64,000 bases of DNA from an uncultured cyanobacterium. GTDB taxonomy: Bacteria; Cyanobacteriota; Cyanobacteriia; Cyanobacteriales; CAWCAG01. Shown here piece after piece: positions 41,135 to 50,610 of the stretch. The DNA lies in contig CAWCAG010000009.1 of assembly GCA_963793425.1 (NCBI GenBank), forward strand, positions 352,001 to 416,000, written 5' to 3'. Each line of letters begins with the position of its first letter. Within the stretch, counting starts at the first letter, position 1. A program made the position numbers and the translations under genes. The notes under the pieces were generated by a model. The model was given only the letters and a program-made list of their open reading frames with translations, did no database searches and was not told where the DNA came from.

Positions 41135-42589
41135 TTAACCTCTTTTATCTTGGTTTAAGTCGTCATTAACTGTTTCTGAAGGCATTTGTTGCTCCTTTGA
41201 CTCTTCAACATTAAGGTTAGAGTAAGGCTCTAGTTCTTCAATAGAAAACTCATCCCAATCTTCCTCAAATTCTGAATCTAATACAGAAGCCTCATCGTAA
41301 GAAACAGCAAAGGTATTAATGGTTTGTTCTTCTTCTTCCCAATCATCATTATCTTCTAAATCTAGGGAGTCAAGGTTAGGAATAATTGGTGTTTGGTAAC
41401 TTGTTTCAGTCGAAGATGTTGAAGAGTTTGTTGTAACTAATTCTTCAGGTATTGAGCTTGGTTCTTCTTCTAACCAATCTCCCCAATCTTCATCATTATC
41501 TTCTGTTAAAGACTCAGATTCAAAAACATTTGCTTTTGCTTCTGTGGCAAAAGAATCTTCCTCTTCTTCATTTTCTACTACTTGTTGGATCACCCTAGTA
41601 GATTCTGCTTCAACGTTTTCTGTTCCGGTAGCAAAAAAAACTTCCTCTTCTTCATTCTCTACAACCTGTTGAATTTCTGTAGTAGCTTCTGCCTCTAATT
41701 CAATTTCTACTTCTTCTTCTAAACCAACCAACGTTTGTGGCAACGTTGTTTCTTCTTCTGCTAAATAATCTCCCCAATCTTCTTCCTCTTCTGGATCAAT
41801 ATCTAAATCATCTAAACTCAAAATACTCTGTTCTGTATCTTCATCTTCCCAAGTTTCATCTTCCCATTCCGAATCAATAGCAGCAGGAAATTCCGCCTTT
41901 GCTTCTTCCCAGTCTTCTATCTCTAAATCAGTAGCTGGCATTTCTGGAGTCGGTGTCAATAAATCGCTTCCCGAAGCTTCTATGACTAACTCCGTTTCTG
42001 AATTAGGTTTAAAGGAAATGCCCTCTGAAGTTTCTTGATTAGGGACAGATGTAAAAATATCTAAAACAGAATCATCCCAGTCATCATCTACTTCTGGCTC
42101 TTCTGATTCTACCTCTAAGATGGTAGCAGGAGGAGAAACTACTTTTATTTCCGGTTTACGAGAAACTGTAGAACTAAATAAATCTAGTAAAGCTTCTTGA
42201 GAAAGTGCTTGATCCCCTTGATGTTTTTGGATTGCCTGTAATAGCTGAAATAGTTTTTGTAAGCTTTTAATATTATCTCTAATAGTTTTATGGCCTTGCA
42301 GTACCTGTTCGAGATGAAACCGTTTCAAGGCTTTATGGGTGGAATCACCAACGAATTGTTCCCCCACTTCATTTTTGATTTTGCCCTCAACCAAATTAAT
42401 TTGACTACGCAGACTTTCTCCTGGCTTCTCTTGGTTAGCTAACTCCGAGGTTTTAGCTTCTGAGGTTACCCAAGTGGTGATGTTCAATTCTACAGCATTG
42501 CTCATTGCCATCACGAGGGCATCACCTAGGTTGCCCGCCTTAATCGCCTCTCTTAAATTATCCCTTGAGGTCATATCATCATCTTCCAA
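41135..42589 (-). CDS. Hypothetical protein with conserved N-terminal domain and long acidic tail (family member 2)
   Basis: ELNITTWV...RSQINLVEGKIKNEVG..FHLEQV; D/E-rich tail with repeated DW motifs. Confidence 0.75.
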   Translation of the reverse strand: MEDDDMTSRDNLREAIKAGNLGDALVMAMSNAVELNITTWVTSEAKTSELANQEKPGESLRSQINLVEGKIKNEVGEQFVGDSTHKALKRFHLEQVLQGHKTIRDNIKSLQKLFQLLQAIQKHQGDQALSQEALLDLFSSTVSRKPEIKVVSPPATILEVESEEPEVDDDWDDSVLDIFTSVPNQETSEGISFKPNSETELVIEASGSDLLTPTPEMPATDLEIEDWEEAKAEFPAAIDSEWEDETWEDEDTEQSILSLDDLDIDPEEEEDWGDYLAEEETTLPQTLVGLEEEVEIELEAEATTEIQQVVENEEEEVFFATGTENVEAESTRVIQQVVENEEEEDSFATEAKANVFESESLTEDNDEDWGDWLEEEPSSIPEELVTTNSSTSSTETSYQTPIIPNLDSLDLEDNDDWEEEEQTINTFAVSYDEASVLDSEFEEDWDEFSIEELEPYSNLNVEESKEQQMPSETVNDDLNQDKRG

Positions 42590-42616
42590 CCATAGGAAAC
42601 TTTATACTATCTTCCC

Positions 42617-43033
42617 TTAAGGTAGCTTATCAGAATGCTCTCCTGAATTCAGAAGAGCTAAACTTTCTGAATCGGAAGTTTCAGAAGTTGCGATCGCCAG
42701 GGCAAGATAAATTTCCTGTAAGCTTTCTAAGTTTTGTTGCATAATCTGCCTTCCTTCTTTAACCTGCTGGAGATGAAATTCTTCTAATTCCTGGTAATGC
42801 CCCTTTGCTAAAAATTGTTTACCTATTTCATTTTCAATAGCAGCATCAAGAAGATTGATGCGAGTATGGAGACAGTTTTCTGGTGGAGGAGAAGTTAGAG
42901 AAGTTTGATGATTTTGTTGAGAAGATACCCAAGTAATAATTTCTAACTCAGTGGCTTCATTAGCGGCAATGGCTAATGCTTCAGCAAAATTTCCCCCTTG
43001 AAGTTGTTTCTGAAATTCCTCACTCGCCCCCAT
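42617..43033 (-). CDS. Hypothetical protein (family member 1)
   Basis: ELEIITWV...HTRINLLDAAIENEIG..FHLQQV; paralogous to the N-terminus of 41135-42589; GGAGG RBS. Confidence 0.75.
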   Translation of the reverse strand: MGASEEFQKQLQGGNFAEALAIAANEATELEIITWVSSQQNHQTSLTSPPPENCLHTRINLLDAAIENEIGKQFLAKGHYQELEEFHLQQVKEGRQIMQQNLESLQEIYLALAIATSETSDSESLALLNSGEHSDKLP

Positions 43034-43125
43034 TTAAGAACCTCCCCAAACTAAGTATGGCAATATGGGTTAAATTCTAACTCTTAACCGTAGGGCTTGC
43101 CGTTACCCCAGGCTTAACTAAACAA

Positions 43126-43644
43126 ATGACAAATTGGTATAGAGACTGTACTCCAGAGCAGAAGAGGGCATGGTATGGCGGAGTAGCCGAAGCCTACGAC
43201 AAAACTAGACCTGCCTATCCTCCTCAACTAATTAATCGTGCGATAGAATTAACTTTACTTCCTGATGATGCCAAAATACTAGAAATAGGTTGTGGTCCGG
43301 GAACGGCAACAAAAGATTTTGCTAAACGAGGTTACTCTTTGGTTGCTGTGGAACCGAGTCCGAAAGCTTGTCAGCTAGCGAGACAAAACTGCCTGAACTA
43401 TCCCCAAGTAGAGATTATTAATACTACTTTTGAAGAATACCCCCTACAACCTCAAACATTTGCTGCTGTTCTTGCCGCAACTTCTTTCCATTGGGTTTCG
43501 CCAGAAATAGTCTATCAAAAAGCGGCTACGGCATTAAAAGCAGGTGGGTTTTTGATTTTACTTTGGAATACACCACCACAACCAAGTCAGGAAATATATC
43601 AACAATTTCTCCAGAGCATTTATCAAGATATCACTAACCATTAA
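43126..43644 (+). CDS. Class I SAM-dependent methyltransferase, probably 3'-truncated
   Basis: YDKTRPAYP, LEIGCGPG, ATSFHWV, LKAGG; ends shortly after the core. Confidence 0.75.
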   Translation: MTNWYRDCTPEQKRAWYGGVAEAYDKTRPAYPPQLINRAIELTLLPDDAKILEIGCGPGTATKDFAKRGYSLVAVEPSPKACQLARQNCLNYPQVEIINTTFEEYPLQPQTFAAVLAATSFHWVSPEIVYQKAATALKAGGFLILLWNTPPQPSQEIYQQFLQSIYQDITNH

Positions 43645-43652
43645 CAAATACA

Positions 43653-44948
43653 ATGTCAATATTTACTTCAATTCTAGAGTGGCTGCTCTGGATTATTTTA
43701 GCATTAGCCGTAATTATTATAGTAAGTCTTTATATCAGAGGAGCTTTCCGTGATCCGGTAAAATATACAGTTAAAAATGCTCCTCATCCAGGAGAACCTC
43801 GCTTTACTCTTACCTTAGCAAGCATCTCCAACTCCTTAACTAGTTCTGGTATCACCACAGACTTCTGGGCTGAACCGGATCAGATTCAAAATGCCCGCTT
43901 AGAAGCTATTAAAAGCGCCCAACATAGCATCCATTTTGAAACATTTTTCATGACTCCGGGGCGACGTGCTAATGATTTTGCTGCGGCGATCGCCGAACGT
44001 GCAGCAGCCGGAGTTGAGGTACAGTTAGTTGTTGATAGTCATGGAACCCACACCCTACCCAAGCGTTATTGGCAGCGTTTGCGTAAAGCAGGAGTGCAAG
44101 TTGTCTTTTTCAATAAATTTGATCCCAAAGCCCCTGCTAACTACGCAGGAAGAACTCACCGCAAACTATTACTTATTGATGGTGAATATGCCTTGATTGG
44201 CGGGGCTGGAATTTCTGACTATTGGGATGGTATGGAGAAATTTGGTGATACTGAACCTTGGTTAGATGTAGAGATGCGTTTGCGAGGGGAAATAGTTGCC
44301 GTATTAGAAGGAATATTTATGAGTCACTGGACTTATAGTGGTGGTACGGCGGATCTTGATGCTAAAGTGCTTAAGCCTTATCCGGCTGATAACCTAACCA
44401 TCTTAATAACCTTGGGAGACAATCCCACCTATCGTTCTTCCCCCATCAAAGCCCTCAAACAAAATAGTATCATCTGCGCCCGCCAAAGGATTTGGTTAGC
44501 TAGTCCTTATTTTCTACCTGACACTAATTCCATTGAACTCCTCAAAGCAGCTAAAAAATTAGGTTTAGATGTACGCATACTAACTACCAGTTCCCGTTGC
44601 GACAAAAAGTATGTCTACTACGCTTCCTACGAACTATTCGGCAAACTCCTCAAAGCTGGTATAGAGGTTTACGAATACCAACCAAGTATGATTCATGCCA
44701 AAATGATGCTTATAGATGACTATTGGGTGAATACAGGCAGTGCTAATTTCGATCCTCGCAGTTTCTATCACAATGAAGAACTTGATATTTCTACTAGTGA
44801 CCCAAAATTGGTTGAAAATGTTGAGCAAGTTTTTGAGAAAGCTTTCACAAAAAGCAGGCGTGTAACCTTAGAAGAATGGCGCAAGCGTTCTTTTATCAGA
44901 AACCGTATCATTGGTAATTTAGTGGGTTTCTTTCAATGGCAATTATGA
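43653..44948 (+). CDS. Cardiolipin synthase-like phospholipase D
   Basis: Two HKD motifs (HRKLLLID, HAKMMLID), SPYFLP, GSANFDPRS; N-terminal TM. Confidence 0.9.
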   Translation: MSIFTSILEWLLWIILALAVIIIVSLYIRGAFRDPVKYTVKNAPHPGEPRFTLTLASISNSLTSSGITTDFWAEPDQIQNARLEAIKSAQHSIHFETFFMTPGRRANDFAAAIAERAAAGVEVQLVVDSHGTHTLPKRYWQRLRKAGVQVVFFNKFDPKAPANYAGRTHRKLLLIDGEYALIGGAGISDYWDGMEKFGDTEPWLDVEMRLRGEIVAVLEGIFMSHWTYSGGTADLDAKVLKPYPADNLTILITLGDNPTYRSSPIKALKQNSIICARQRIWLASPYFLPDTNSIELLKAAKKLGLDVRILTTSSRCDKKYVYYASYELFGKLLKAGIEVYEYQPSMIHAKMMLIDDYWVNTGSANFDPRSFYHNEELDISTSDPKLVENVEQVFEKAFTKSRRVTLEEWRKRSFIRNRIIGNLVGFFQWQL

Positions 44949-45060
44949 TTATTTCTCATCAACAAACTTTAGATTTAACAATGCCGGAAAGTAGATAAAA
45001 AAACAGGTAGTCAAAAATTAACCCATTCTCTTAATAGCTAAATATTTAGATTCAGAACTT

Positions 45061-46077
45061 ATGTCCCAAAATCATCGACATTTTTCTTTTCTGACTGCAA
45101 TTACTATTAGTCTTAGCTTGACTTCTTTAACAGCAAGCTGCACTTTAACTGAATTTCCTGAATTTCCTGAAGTACCAATCACTAACCCTGCCTCAACCGG
45201 GGTGTTAAGTAGTGACTACTCCCCCATGGACCAAAATTGGTCTGCCGCAGAACAAGCTATCTTAGCAGAACATAATCAAGTCAGGCAAAATCCTCAAAGC
45301 TACATCCCTTTAATGGAAGCTTGGTTAGATAGTTTTACTAACGAAAGCATTGTCAAAAATGGTGTTAGTCCTGGGGTAGACTTAATTACCAAAGAAGGTA
45401 AAGCTGCTGTACTAGAAGCCATTGAATACCTACGCCAGCAACCTCCTGTGGGGCCACTACAACCTTCTATCGGTTTAGCCAATTCAGCAGCAGATCATCT
45501 TGAAGACCAAAGTCAGACAGGAAAAACTGGTCATGATGGGTCAGACGGTAGTGATCCTGCAACGAGAATGAAGCGTTACGGCTTACCTTTCTTTAGTGGT
45601 GAGAATATCGCCTATGGTCCCACAACGGCCCAGCAGGTAGTTATGCAACTGATTATCGACGACGATGTTCCTGATCGTGGCCACAGAACTAATATTTTTA
45701 CACCTGAATTTAAGGTTGCTGGAGTAGCCTGCGGCTCTCACTTGACTTTTCGGACTATGTGTGTAATCAATTATGCTCAGGGATATTTAGAAGACCCTAA
45801 CACTCAAGTATCGGATCTAGTTTTCAAAGTTAGTAATCAAAGTGATTTTGATATTACTGAGATTTATCTTACTTCTGTTAGTGAAAGCGATTGGGAAAAC
45901 AGGTGGTCACAACCTCTAGGAAACAACTATACCGGTACTTATAGCCATTCTGCTTTAATTAGAGGAAACTCTCAAGTTTGTGAATTCAATATTCGTGCTG
46001 TCATGGCTACAGGGGAAGAAAAGGTAGCTAACAACATTAATCTTTGTGAGGAAGTTTATACCTTATCTGTACCTTAA
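45061..46077 (+). CDS. CAP (SCP) domain lipoprotein
   Basis: Lipobox [41 protein letters not shown]. Confidence 0.85.
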   Translation: MSQNHRHFSFLTAITISLSLTSLTASCTLTEFPEFPEVPITNPASTGVLSSDYSPMDQNWSAAEQAILAEHNQVRQNPQSYIPLMEAWLDSFTNESIVKNGVSPGVDLITKEGKAAVLEAIEYLRQQPPVGPLQPSIGLANSAADHLEDQSQTGKTGHDGSDGSDPATRMKRYGLPFFSGENIAYGPTTAQQVVMQLIIDDDVPDRGHRTNIFTPEFKVAGVACGSHLTFRTMCVINYAQGYLEDPNTQVSDLVFKVSNQSDFDITEIYLTSVSESDWENRWSQPLGNNYTGTYSHSALIRGNSQVCEFNIRAVMATGEEKVANNINLCEEVYTLSVP

Positions 46078-46083
46078 AACTTG

Positions 46084-46140
46084 AGACTCACCAGAAAGCA
46101 TCACGGCATCGGTTCCATCGATAATAGCATTAGCAACATC
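46084..46140 (-). pseudogene. Orphan 19-codon pyruvate kinase fragment
   Basis: Minus strand translates [19 protein letters not shown], the conserved pyruvate kinase motif; the flanks do not continue pyk. Confidence 0.8.
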
Positions 46141-46373
46141 AAAGGTTTCATGGTTACTCTAAGTTCAATTTGCGATCACTAATCCCCTAATTAGTTAAGC
46201 ATTTAATCAAAATCAAGATTGTATTGAGAAAAACCTTCCCTCAAGATAATAACCTGCTGGTATTGGGAAAGTTAAGCAAATCAGTAAAAACCCCCTTTTC
46301 TATAGTGACAAATAATTGCTATAAAAGTCTTATATTTTATTCGTATAAAAAACTTTTTCTTAACAAAACTTCC

Positions 46374-47150
46374 ATGAAGATTATTAAACAAACTACTCAG
46401 CAATTAAAGATAAGTGATTCGATTTCCTCTCTATTATTCGACTTATTGTGGGGGGTAACATTCAGCAGCTTACCCCTGGTAATAGGGTGGCTGGCAATGA
46501 ACAACTCTGGAGTAACTAACCTCAATTGTCAACGTGTCCAGTCAGCCCAAGTAAACTGCCACCTAACAAGTTCAAAGTTGATGGGCTTAACCACCGCAGA
46601 AAATCGCGTTTTAAGCGGGGTGAAAGGGACAGTCCTCGAAGCAAAAAGTCGTGAAAACAAGCAAAAAGAAGGTAAGTTTTTTTTAGTCGCAGACCAAGGT
46701 AAAGTTCCTGTAAAGATTGAGCAGATTGATGCACGCAAAGTTAATAGTTTAATCGCTAGTCATCAAAAAGGTCTTTTGAAAATAAAACATGACGATCGCC
46801 TCTTCTTGGTAGCTTTTATTCCCTTAGCGGCAATTTTTGTGGCTATTAATTTACAGCATCTTCTGACTCTAAAAATTTATTCTTGTAATTTTGATCTTAC
46901 TTCAAGAAAATTAGTATTTCACGATCGAAACATAATTAGTAAAGACTATCAAGAATATGCTCTAGAAGATATACTCAACATCACATTAACAAGAGAGATA
47001 GATTCTAGAGGGGATAACTTATATCAAGCAAAATTAATTTTAGCAACAGGGGATAGCTTACCTTTATCTTCTCCAAGTATTGACCCTATTAATGCTCAAA
47101 AAATTGTCGATAAAGTGAGCAGTTTTCTCAAACCCTTAAGGGATATTTAA
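46374..47150 (+). CDS. Hypothetical membrane protein
   Basis: Likely start MKIIKQ; TM helix, LNCQR..VNC motif, second TM. Confidence 0.7.
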   Translation: MKIIKQTTQQLKISDSISSLLFDLLWGVTFSSLPLVIGWLAMNNSGVTNLNCQRVQSAQVNCHLTSSKLMGLTTAENRVLSGVKGTVLEAKSRENKQKEGKFFLVADQGKVPVKIEQIDARKVNSLIASHQKGLLKIKHDDRLFLVAFIPLAAIFVAINLQHLLTLKIYSCNFDLTSRKLVFHDRNIISKDYQEYALEDILNITLTREIDSRGDNLYQAKLILATGDSLPLSSPSIDPINAQKIVDKVSSFLKPLRDI

Positions 47151-47194
47151 TAAATTCATCCGAGTATTAGTAGCTTGTAAAAAATCTGTTCAGA

Positions 47195-48364
47195 ATGAAA
47201 ACAAAAGTAATCGGCTTAATAAGTGGTACTTCCGTAGATGGAATTGATGCTGCTTTGGTAGAAATTTCTGGCTTAGATTTAGACCTTGAAGTTAACTTAT
47301 TAGCTGGAGAAACTTACCCCTATCCAGCTAGTTTAAGAGAACAGATTCTCGCCGTTTGTGCTGGAGAAAAGCTATCTGTAGAAGAGTTAGCGAAATTAGA
47401 TGACGAAATTGCCACTCAATTTGCCCAAGCAGCCCAAAAGATTCAAGGTAAAAGCAAAACTGCTGATTTAATTGGTTCCCACGGGCAAACTATCTTCCAT
47501 CGCCCCCCCAACAGAGAACAAGCTACCCTTGGTTACAGCTTACAAATTGGTAGGGGAAGTGTAATTGCCAATTTTACAGGCATCCCCACCGTTAGCAACT
47601 TCCGGGTAGCAGACATCGCTGCGGGAGGAGAAGGTGCGCCCCTTGTTTCTAAGGTAGATGCCTGTTTGCTAAGTCATCAAGCCCAGTATAGATGCGTTCA
47701 GAACTTAGGAGGCATTGGTAACGTAACTTACCTGCCAGCCCGCCAGGAAGCCAACTGGCTGGAGCAAGTTTGTGGTTGGGATACAGGACCAGGAAATGCT
47801 TTACTAGATTTAGCTGTACAAAGGTTAACCAAAGGCGCTCAAAGTTACGATGATAATGGTAACTGGGCTGCAAAGGGGCAACCTTGTCAAGAGTTAGTTA
47901 ATGATTGGTTACAAGAAGAGTTCTTTTGGCAACCTCCTCCTAAATCTACAGGGAGAGAACTGTTTAGCCCCTCTTACCTGGAAAAATGTTGGCAAGATGC
48001 CCAAGCTAAACAGTTACCAGATGAAGACTGGTTAGCCACCTTGACGGAATTAACCGTAGCTTCGGTAGTTCATAGTTACCAGAACTTTCTCCCCAGAATG
48101 CCAGACGAAATATTACTTTGCGGAGGAGGTTCTCGCAACAGCTATCTCAAGAATCGCCTAGCCCATAAGCTAAAACCGATCACCGTCACCACAACCGAAG
48201 AAGCAGGAATCAGCACAGATTTCAAAGAAGCGATCGCCTTCGCTGTCCTGGCTTACTGGCGCTCTCAAAACTCCTTTCCAGGTAATTTACCCCAAGTTAC
48301 AGGGGCTAATCAACCGATGTTATTGGGGGAAATCAACCTTCCTCTCTATTCCCAAATGTTATAA
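47195..48364 (+). CDS. anmK: Anhydro-N-acetylmuramic acid kinase
   Basis: [53 protein letters not shown]. Confidence 0.95.
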   Translation: MKTKVIGLISGTSVDGIDAALVEISGLDLDLEVNLLAGETYPYPASLREQILAVCAGEKLSVEELAKLDDEIATQFAQAAQKIQGKSKTADLIGSHGQTIFHRPPNREQATLGYSLQIGRGSVIANFTGIPTVSNFRVADIAAGGEGAPLVSKVDACLLSHQAQYRCVQNLGGIGNVTYLPARQEANWLEQVCGWDTGPGNALLDLAVQRLTKGAQSYDDNGNWAAKGQPCQELVNDWLQEEFFWQPPPKSTGRELFSPSYLEKCWQDAQAKQLPDEDWLATLTELTVASVVHSYQNFLPRMPDEILLCGGGSRNSYLKNRLAHKLKPITVTTTEEAGISTDFKEAIAFAVLAYWRSQNSFPGNLPQVTGANQPMLLGEINLPLYSQML

Positions 48365-48512
48365 GCTCACAAAGAGTAATCTGTCCTCTAATTCAAGTGT
48401 AGTTATACTTGAACATACTGAAACTTTTTTTTCTCTCCCTCATTAATCGAAGGATAGTTAAACTTGTTTTCAGGAACGGTGGCACAAAGATCGTCAATAA
48501 TGGATACAAGCT

Positions 48513-48956
48513 GTGGGTCACACCTTTTTAATGGAGCCAGGACGGTGGACACTCCAGGGAAATTGGCTGGAGACTGAGGGAATGCCGATTGCGGTCAAAG
48601 GTAGAACAATAGTTGCTTGGGGTCAGGATAACTGGTTCACCATGGTAACAAAATTAGTTTTTCCTGATAGCGATCGCGAGGGCATCTCTTTCCAATATCG
48701 AGGACGTTTGGATGGAGGATCAAGACAATATACCTATGTACTACAGCAAAGTCTTTTGGGTCGTATTGAAGGGGAAGGCTGGATTTGCCCTGAATCTGTA
48801 GTACAGCGTTACTGGGTATTAAACGACAACAAGCGGCGTAGCGGCTTTGAAACTTTTTACCGACTTAACAACAATACTTATCATCTCACCAGTAGTATTT
48901 TAGTAGGTCACAGTCTAAGTAGCACGATGGAAGCTACCCTAGAAAGACAGACTTGA
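48513..48956 (+). CDS. Conserved hypothetical protein (beta-rich)
   Basis: HTFLMEPGRW, LGRIEGEGW, RRSGFE; upstream of the Ser/Thr kinase. Confidence 0.7.
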   Translation: MGHTFLMEPGRWTLQGNWLETEGMPIAVKGRTIVAWGQDNWFTMVTKLVFPDSDREGISFQYRGRLDGGSRQYTYVLQQSLLGRIEGEGWICPESVVQRYWVLNDNKRRSGFETFYRLNNNTYHLTSSILVGHSLSSTMEATLERQT

Positions 48957-49035
48957 AAAGTTCCAAGGTTTACTCGCAACTTCATTATCACCCCTTACCC
49001 CTTGCCCTTGTGACATTGCGATCGGAGTTTAATTT

Positions 49036-50532
49036 ATGACGAAAGACACCAATCAAGGTCGCCGACTCTCTAACCGCTATCAACTTGTCGAGATGGTAGG
49101 TAAAGGGGCGATGGGTCGAGTTTATCTAGCAGAAGACAATTTGCTTGGTGGTGTGGCTGTTGCGGTTAAATTTCTCTCCCAAGCTTTGCTGAACAAAAAA
49201 ATGAAGGAACGCTTCTTAAGGGAAGCAAAAATCTCTGCTTTGCTAGCAGAAAAAACTATTCATATTGTTCGTGTTCGAGATTATGGGGTTGATGAAGACG
49301 AAATTCCTTTCTATGTTATGGAATTTCTCCAAGGAGACAGCATAAGTGAACTAATTAAGGTTCAGCCTTTTACTCTACCAAGATTCTTAAAATTAGCACG
49401 ACAAATTTGTTTGGGTTTGCAGCCTGCTCATCAAGGGATTATTTTTGATAAAGAGCAGGTACAAATTATTCATCGAGATATTAAACCTAGCAATGTTTTA
49501 GTGGTTCAAGATAGTACTTTAGGAGAGTTAGTTAAGATTCTCGATTTTGGCATCGCGAAGCTGATCCAATCTGGTGGGGCCCAAACCCAATCTTTTATGG
49601 GTACTCTAGCTTATTGTTCCCCCGAACAAATGGAAGGTAAAGAACTAGATAATCGTTCCGATATTTATAGTTTGGGGATAATGATGTACGAAATGCTAAC
49701 GGGGGATATGCCCATCACCCCAGAAACCCATAGTTTCGGCGGTTGGTACAAAGCCCATCATCACAATACCCCAAAACCCTTTAAGACCAATGTAAAAATT
49801 CCTTCAGCCCTAGGAGAATTAATTCTTAGTTGTTTAGCTAAAGACCCCAGAAAGCGTCCTCAAACCGTAGGAGATATTTTACAGTCCCTAGAACCTTTAG
49901 AAAAACGCTTCAGTAATAATCTTAAACTTGGTCAGCGCATTGATGCGACCTTATCTGGGGTCAAAATTGAGACTCCCCTCTCACCAGAAGATATCTGTTT
50001 GCGTACAAATTGGCCAGAAGACAAACCTAATAAAAAAATAGTTTTCCCCCGTCTTATTCGCACAGAGTCTGAAGTCTTGGTTACTCTTTGGGTAATGTTA
50101 GAGCAGCAGGATATTAATAATCGCCTCTTTAGTACTCGCTACAATCAATTTCTCTGTTTAATGGCTCCTCATCCCATGTTGCTATGGATTAGCGTCCTTT
50201 ACAACCATAACTATGGTCCCCGTTGGTTGCGCTGCTATCTTGATCTTAAAACAGCTAATGGTCAGAAAATAGCTCGTTTGTTGGGTAAAGCAGGTCACTA
50301 TCGCATTCTCTTTTTCGCCTTAGAAGACTATCAACATTGTAAGAGGGTGATGAAATTCACCATTGACCCCAACCAATGCCAAAGGTTAATTGATTGGGCT
50401 AATGCCAGTCATACCGTAAGATCCGCAGCACAACCTAATATTAGTAGACAGGCTTTGCAAAAAGAGTTTGAGAGATTTAAACCAAAGATACAGCTTAAGC
50501 TAGAATCTATTCAAACTAATCCTAATCTTTGA
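49036..50532 (+). CDS. Serine/threonine protein kinase (SpkA-like)
   Basis: GKGAMGRVY, VAVK, HRDIKPSN, DFG, GTLAYCSPEQ, SDIYSLG. Confidence 0.92.
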   Translation: MTKDTNQGRRLSNRYQLVEMVGKGAMGRVYLAEDNLLGGVAVAVKFLSQALLNKKMKERFLREAKISALLAEKTIHIVRVRDYGVDEDEIPFYVMEFLQGDSISELIKVQPFTLPRFLKLARQICLGLQPAHQGIIFDKEQVQIIHRDIKPSNVLVVQDSTLGELVKILDFGIAKLIQSGGAQTQSFMGTLAYCSPEQMEGKELDNRSDIYSLGIMMYEMLTGDMPITPETHSFGGWYKAHHHNTPKPFKTNVKIPSALGELILSCLAKDPRKRPQTVGDILQSLEPLEKRFSNNLKLGQRIDATLSGVKIETPLSPEDICLRTNWPEDKPNKKIVFPRLIRTESEVLVTLWVMLEQQDINNRLFSTRYNQFLCLMAPHPMLLWISVLYNHNYGPRWLRCYLDLKTANGQKIARLLGKAGHYRILFFALEDYQHCKRVMKFTIDPNQCQRLIDWANASHTVRSAAQPNISRQALQKEFERFKPKIQLKLESIQTNPNL

Positions 50533-50610
50533 GGTAATGGCTAATTGCTAGTTGCTAGTTGCTAGTTGCTCAGTGATAAATGTTTAATAATAAATGATAA
50601 ATGAAATGGT

